Shown piece by piece: positions 56,800-64,000 of a stretch of 64,000 bases of DNA (within the stretch, counting starts at the first letter, position 1; each line of letters starts with the position of its first letter). Both the position numbers and the translations under genes were made by a program. A model generated the notes under the pieces. The model was not told the origin of the DNA. It searched no databases and saw nothing but the letters and a program-made list of their open reading frames with translations. The stretch lies in NCBI GenBank assembly GCA_964016885.1, contig OZ024751.1:12214001-12278000 (forward strand), in the 5' to 3' direction. This DNA is from Eledone cirrhosa (lineage: Eukaryota).

Positions 56800-57600
56800 T
56801 GTGGTGTTTTTGTTGATGGTGGTGGTGGTTGCGGTGATTTTGTTGATGGTGGTGGTGGTTGTGGTGCTTTTGTTGATGGTGGTGGTGGTTGTGGTGTTTT
56901 TGTTGAAGGTGGTGGTTGCGGTGTTTTTGTTGATGGGGGTGGTGGTTGCGGTGTTTTTGTTGATGGTGGTGGTGGTTGTGGTGTTTTTGTTGAAGGTGGT
57001 GGTTGTGGTGTTTTTGTTGGTGGTGGTGGTGGTTGCGGTGTTTTTGTTGATGGTGGTGGTGGTTGTGGTGTTTTTGTTGAAGGTGGTGGTTGTGGTGTTT
57101 TTGTTGATGGTGGTGGTGGTTGTGGTGTTTTTGTTGATGGTAGTGATGGTTGTGATGTTTTTGTTGATGGTGGTGGTGGTGGTGTTTTTGTTGGTGGTGG
57201 TTGCGGTGTTTTTGTTGATGGTGGTGATGGTTGTGATGTTTTTGTTGATGGTGGTGTTGGTTGTGGTGTTTTTGTTGATGGTGGTGGTTGCGGTGTTTTT
57301 GTTGATTGTGGTGGTGGTGGTTGTGGTGTTTTTGTTGATGGTGGTGGTGGTTGTGGTGTTTTTGTTGATGGTGGTGGTGGTTGTAGTGTTTTTGTTGATG
57401 GTGGTGGTGGTTGTAGTGTTTTTGTTGATGGTGGTGGTGGTGGTGGTGTTTTTGTTGATGTTGGTGATGGTTGTAGTGTTTTTGTTGATGGTGGTGGGGG
57501 TTGTGGTGTTTTTGTTGATGGTGGTAGTGGTTGTGGTGTTTTTGTTGATGGTGGTGGTGGTTGTGGTGTTTTTGTTGATGGTGGTGGTGGTGGTTGTGTG
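56800..57600. repeat. Minisatellite, 27-30 bp unit
   Basis: Unit gtggtgtttttgttgatggtggtggtggtt. Confidence 0.9.
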
Positions 57601-58007
57601 ATTGTTTTGTTTTGGGAAGTGTTGGTGGTTGTGCTGTTTTTGTTGTTGTTGTTGGGGGTGGTGCTGGTGTTGTTGGTGATGGTGGTGATTGTTGTTGGTG
57701 GTGATTGTTATGTTGTTGTTGTTTTTGTTGTTGTTATTGTTGGTTGTAATGATTTTGTTGTTGATGGAGGTGTTGGTTTTGTTCTGTTGATGGAGGTTGA
57801 GATTTGTTGTTGATGTTGGTGATGGTTGTGGTGTTATTGTTGTTGTTCATGGTGTTTTAGCTTTTGTTGTTGTTGGTTGTGAAGTTGGTGTTGTTGTTGT
57901 TGCTGGTGGTGGTGGTGGTGGTTGTTTGCGTCTTGACAATCGTGACAGTCGCATGAGTAACATTGTTGTTGTAGTTGATGGTGGTGGAAATAGTTTTATT
58001 AGTTATA

Positions 58008-58126
58008 ATATTGGTTTCTTATATAGGCACAATGCCAGTGATTTTGGGGGAGGGGAAATTCGATTAAATCGACCCCAGTGCGTGACTGCTACTTTATTTT
58101 ATCGACCACGTGAGGATGAAAGGCAA
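58008..58126 (-). mobile_element. SINE family 1, 3' half
   Basis: Partial consensus match. Confidence 0.75.
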
Positions 58127-58196
58127 TATTAATAGTAAGTTAACATTGAAAATAACAACAATGATTCTATTAAGTGTAGTGTATTATGGACACATA

Positions 58197-58254
58197 ACTA
58201 CTGATGAAATCGTAAGGGAGACGTCGTGATATACTTGGGAAATTTAAATCTAGT
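58197..58254 (+). ncRNA. Hammerhead-like motif with poorly paired stem II
   Basis: acta-CTGATGA-...-GAAA TTTAAA TC-tagt. Stem III is palindromic and stem I is 4 bp. Confidence 0.45.
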
Positions 58255-59761
58255 ACCGCTATTCCTTGTTCAGGCCAGAACTTCGCCAATATCTTCCAAG
58301 GGAAAGATAATGGGATATAGGAAGTAAGACAGTGGGTTTGAACATTTTTCCTTGTCTTCGAAAATACGGAAGAAAAATTTGAAGGTGGTGTGATTTGAAC
58401 TAGGGAAAGTCATAGAACCAATGCGAACACTGGAAATCCTTCTATCCGACATTGTAACGACTGAGCTATTTCGCTGCCTAATACTAGTATAAAGTCAACG
58501 TTAATGGAACTATGAATAAATTTATTTATCTTGCAAGTATTGGTGACTCACTTATCCTAGTCTAGTATCTGTTCTTTATATGAAAAACATAATATAATAC
58601 AAAAGACAATAATTTATAGAAAAAAAAACAATATATGAAAGTAAATACAAAGAAGCTATCCCCAACAACATCCATATTTACCACCACATTCGCCACAAAA
58701 ACCACAACAACGATAGCAACCACATAACAACGAAAAACAACAACAACTTCTACGAGTAATGTATGCATCTAATTAAATTAAAAGCTAGCCACTCCTGTCT
58801 CGACAATTTTACAACCTTGACCACACTCATAGACGAAATTGCGGCCTGCCTGTCAAACGGTTGCACAGCTGCTCAGTTTCTGCTAAATGGCTCACAAGCA
58901 GTGCGCATGCGTCGAAGATCAGTGGGAAGATCTCTACTGACTCTGCTGACAGTGAGGGCATGGCCTTTTCTATTGTATAGTAGGCAGCAACTTCATGTAA
59001 TATGATTACAGACGATAAAGCGCAGTTGCCAGGCAGTGCACAAAATGAGGTGGTGGAAGGGAGATGAAGGGAAAAGATGGATATATATGGATGTGGGACA
59101 GGCGAGATAGTGGATGGGATGAGAATAGGGTGAAAAAGAAAAAAGTCAAACAAACAAATAGATCGGAAAAGAAAGAGTTAAAGGGAGGTGAAGGTTGCGA
59201 GGAAGTACGATTGAGGAAGACAGAAGGGAGGATAACTTTGGACGTATAATTTTTTTTTTCACATGTTTTTTTTTGTTTTGCTTTTTTAAATCACACAAAA
59301 AAATACACGAAGTAAATATCACATAAAAAATGCGAAGAAAAAAATTATACATATGAATGAATAAATAAATAAATAATGTATGGAATCTAGGGGTCTGGGA
59401 GTGTCAAGGAAGAAAGGAGAGAGTAAGATCTAACGATGACAAGGGATCCGACGCATGTTACGAGTGAAAGGGGATAATTTAGGTGGAAATGACAGCGGGC
59501 GATTCTTTCTTGTCGGCCATTGGAAGTCAGTTTGGCTGGCGACTCAGCTAGTTAAAATGGCGTTAACTTTAAACCTTGATTTGTTCTCCACAACTCAGGC
59601 CGACGTTTTCAAGAAATAACCTCATTGGTTGACGAGATTTCCTCTCGTTTCTCCTTTTACTGTCGAGAATGTCTTTGTTTTGGGTTTTTTGTTTTTTTAA
59701 ATATATTTTTAGGTGGGGGCGTTCGCGTTTCATTGCTTTTCATGTACTTTATTTAAATTTG

Positions 59762-59829
<68 letters not shown>

Positions 59830-59904
59830 CACGCACAGACACTCACATACACATGTATGTCTTTATTATATATTTGCACTTACATGTATACTTACGCACA
59901 AATA

Positions 59905-60008
<104 letters not shown>

Positions 60009-60197
60009 TACTTAGGGAGGGTCATATTGTTGTAATAATATTGCCAGAACTAATAACAGAGCACACTCACTGTTTGGTTGGTTTTCGCTTCTGTATCTTT
60101 TATATATATATATGTGTGTGTATGTGTGTATGTATTTATGTATTTATATATTATACATATATGCATTTATATATATATATATGTATGTATATGTATG

Positions 60198-60245
<48 letters not shown>

Positions 60246-60283
60246 TATGTATATATATATGTATATATATGTATATATATGTA

Positions 60284-60328
<45 letters not shown>

Positions 60329-60724
60329 CTATGTATCTATGTATCTATGTATGTGTGTGTATTAACAGAATATGAATAATATTCAATACTTATAAACGAA
60401 ACTGAATAATATATTTTTTCATTTTCAATTATTTAAAGTTATTATTATTGTTTTAATTATTATAAATTCATATTTTCATTTGTACTTGAATGATTTATAC
60501 TAGACAATGTTTGCATCTGTGTGTGCAGTTGTGTGTGCATCTATGTGTGTGTGTTTGTGTGTAGAAACTAGTAATAACGATATATATTATATATACACTC
60601 ACCAGCACTTGTCACTAAAAATAACAGAAATTTAACTGGAGAAAGTACACACTGTTAAGAAACAGAACTGAAAAGAAAAAGTCAGGAATAGACTTAAAAT
60701 AAATATATAAGTAAATAAGTGACA

Positions 60725-60789
<65 letters not shown>

Positions 60790-60911
60790 GCTCTCCTCAT
60801 CATCATCATCAGCAGCAGCACCATCTTTATCATCACCATCATCATCATCAACATCATCATCTTCATTATAATCATCATCATCATTTTTGTTCTTGATATA
60901 GTTTCTAATTA

Positions 60912-61125
60912 GATTGGCAGTATCGGTAGAGAGGTGGACACCATGCTTTGCAGCTTAGAGTTACGGCCCTTTATGGTCTGAGTTCAAATCCCACCGAGGT
61001 TAACTTTGCCTTTCATCCTTACGGGGTCGATAAGATAAAGTACCAGTAACATACTGCAGTCGATTTAATCGACTTTCCCCCTCCTCGCAAATTACTGGAC
61101 TTGTACCTATACTAGAAATTATTAT
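60912..61125 (+). mobile_element. SINE family 1 copy
   Basis: Full-length consensus match. Confidence 0.85.
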
Positions 61126-61189
61126 TCTTGTTGCAATTGTTGATGTGGGGGATAACATTTTACATGTATATATATATATATATATTTGC

Positions 61190-61248
<59 letters not shown>

Positions 61249-61334
61249 TGCGTGTATAGTAGTAGTAGTAGTAATAGTAGTAGGAGTAGTAGTAGGAGTA
61301 GTAGTAATAGTAGTAGTAGTAGGAGTAGTAGTAA

Positions 61335-61379
<45 letters not shown>

Positions 61380-61972
61380 AGAACGATGATAAACAACTCC
61401 ACCACATACAAAAGCAAAAACAAAGGCAGCAAGCGTAACTACAACAACAACAATAACAAAGATGACAAGTGAAATATAAACTGGAAATACAATCAACAAT
61501 ATATACTACAAAAACCAACGTAGGTATAAATGTGAGCTTTATATTATATTATATACACACAGTGATACATCAACAACAGAAACAACAACATCAAAAATCA
61601 ACAAAAAGTGAAGGTTGCATGGAATAGAGGGAAGGTTGTAGAGATAGCGCAAAAATATATATAAAATGGCTACCAGTGGTTCATGTAAATTGACAGTGAA
61701 GCAGACGATATAAACCTCAAGCACGCAATCGGAAATGAGCATCTAAGATTCCGGAGTAGTAGTGTAGAAAGTATATATAAATATATGCATGTATGTATGA
61801 TGTATGTATGATGTATGTATATATATACATAAGTATGCCTGCATGTGTATGTGCATATGTTTGTATAAACATGTATATATATATATGTATCTATATCTCT
61901 CTCTATATATATATATGTATGTGTATATATTTGTGTGAACATGCAAAAACGCACACACACACACTCACACAT

Positions 61973-62033
<61 letters not shown>

Positions 62034-62102
62034 TATCTATATGTATATATTTATTTATATGTATATATTTGTGTATATATATATATACTTATATCTATAC
62101 TA

Positions 62103-62158
<56 letters not shown>

Positions 62159-62165
62159 ATACCAG

Positions 62166-62203
<38 letters not shown>

Positions 62204-62210
62204 ATACCAG

Positions 62211-62269
<59 letters not shown>

Positions 62270-62286
62270 TATATATATATATACCA

Positions 62287-62329
<43 letters not shown>

Positions 62330-62391
62330 ATACCACCATATATATATATATATACCAGTATAATATATATATATATATATATACATACCAG

Positions 62392-62447
<56 letters not shown>

Positions 62448-62603
62448 GAAAAGTATAGAAATGATTGTAGTGAAAGGCTAACAGTATTCCATAATATATA
62501 AGTGACTATAGCGTCAAAATGGGAAAATAGTTAACATAATATATGGGAAAGATAATTCAAACTCAATTCAAAAAGAATCAGGATATAGATTTATCCAACA
62601 GAA

Positions 62604-62685
<82 letters not shown>

Positions 62686-62741
62686 AGTATATATATATAC
62701 CAGTATAATAAAATATATATATATATATATATGTATATAAA

Positions 62742-63026
62742 TAAGAAAGGAATTGTGGTAAGGTTCCAGATGGACCATAACGCACCAGAGTACTCAATAC
62801 TTAGGGTAGTAGAGTGGGAAATAGGAAAAAGTATGACCCCGACGGCGGAGCTCAAGCCGTTTCGATGGCTATTTGTGGACTATTTCAGTCCAGAAATAGC
62901 CGTCGAAACGGCTTGAGCTCCGCCGTCGGGGTCATACTTTTTCCTATTTCCCACTCTACTACCCTAAGTATTGAGTACTCTGGTGCGTTATGGTCTATCT
63001 GGTTCCTTACCACAATTCCTTTGTTA
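62742..63026. mobile_element. Fold-back palindrome, family A, in (TA)n
   Basis: Arms of about 140 bp with apex at 62882-62886; homologous to 4620-4893. Tail-only copies lie at 5894-5964 and 51758-51822, and a core fragment at 6981-7030. Confidence 0.9.
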
Positions 63027-63046
63027 TATATATATATATATATATA

Positions 63047-63405
63047 AAGTGTCCCCTAGGCATTCGCGGTCCAGGTTATATGCGGTATTTTCCTTACAAC
63101 CTGACTAATAATTGTTCCGGAAAGCCTCCGCATATTCGCCGAATCACAAATATCTTCCGTGATTTTATTACGGCTTTTGCGTGGCAATATATATTCTTTT
63201 AACACTAAATCATTAATAGCAATATACCATAGTTGCCAGCCTATTGGACGCCCCTTCGCATAAAACGCTACCTCTATTTTTTTATATTTTACGTTATATT
63301 TTAACGTTGGTAATGATTTTTATGGAACCTGTCTGATATTCGCGGTTTTCACCTTTCGCGAGTGTTCTAGGCAGGTGACTTCCGAAAATATCCGAGACCC
63401 TCAGA
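63047..63405. mobile_element. Decayed Tigger/pogo-like non-autonomous DNA transposon
   Basis: Left end aagtgtcccctaggcattcgcgg, internal attcgcgg repeats, right end ccgaaaatatccgagacc. Confidence 0.4.
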
Positions 63406-63516
63406 AGACAACTGATGAGGAAAACTCCCTCCTCGCGTTCTTGCTTTCTTCTTATTCTCATTCCATTTTAAACCTAACTTAACTAGCAACTTCACAGCCA
63501 TTCTGTTCTCCATATA

Positions 63517-63571
<55 letters not shown>

Positions 63572-63578
<7 letters not shown>

Positions 63579-63697
63579 GGAAGCAGGAAATTGCTTATTG
63601 TGATCCAGTTCGTGGTTAAGAAAGCCAGTTTCATGGATGAAATCATGGAACCTGGATAAAATCCTTTTCTTAATGCTTACCTGTGTTTTCTCTTTTA

Positions 63698-63779
<82 letters not shown>

Positions 63780-63885
63780 TAAAAGCTAAAACACAGGTAA
63801 GCATTAAGAAAAGGATTTTATCCAGGTTCCAGGACTTTCTCCATGAACTGGATCACAATAACCAATTTCCTGCTTCCCTAACTAT
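63572..63885. repeat. Inverted repeat (arms about 105-130 bp) with a (TA)n tract as its centre
   Basis: 63572-63700 is inverted at 63778-63885; the left arm has an extra segment of about 20 bp. Confidence 0.85.
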
Positions 63886-64000
63886 ATACTTTTCTTCTTG
63901 TTCTGTTTTCTGCGTATATATATGTCTGTATCAAAGTTTTTGTTTTACTGCTTGCTCAAAGATTTAACATACATCACTGTAGCATGAAAACCACAGAACT

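Overview
Eukaryotic, gene-poor and extremely microsatellite-rich DNA ((TA)n, (CA)n, (GA)n, (GAA)n, (GTT)n, (GAT/GGT)n). The repeat landscape suggests an octopus/cephalopod genome (inference only). No intact host gene is supported, and nearly all listed ORFs are microsatellite read-throughs. Protein-coding remnants are a 5'-truncated L1/Tx1-type LINE ORF2 end with a zf-RVT motif (53.5-55.0 kb, minus), a Helitron helicase motif (47.2 kb) and decayed Penelope-like element (PLE) ORF motifs (31.9 kb, probably 7.2-7.9 kb). The window also has about 12 copies of one SINE family, a tiny Tc1/mariner MITE family and several minisatellites. The main hidden pattern is about 20 type I hammerhead-ribozyme (HHR) motifs (CTGANGA...GAAA...NUH, often with a palindromic stem III), ranging from intact to decayed, in at least 8 unrelated short families. 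These elements typically end in a 3' tail that abuts (TA)n. Many are fold-back palindromes with 55-170 bp arms whose apex lies at or shortly 5' of the ribozyme core, and whose two arms share copy-private mutations. This looks like a (TA)n-targeting, ribozyme-bearing, hairpin-forming PLE/retrozyme system. All structures were paired by eye, with no folding or database search.
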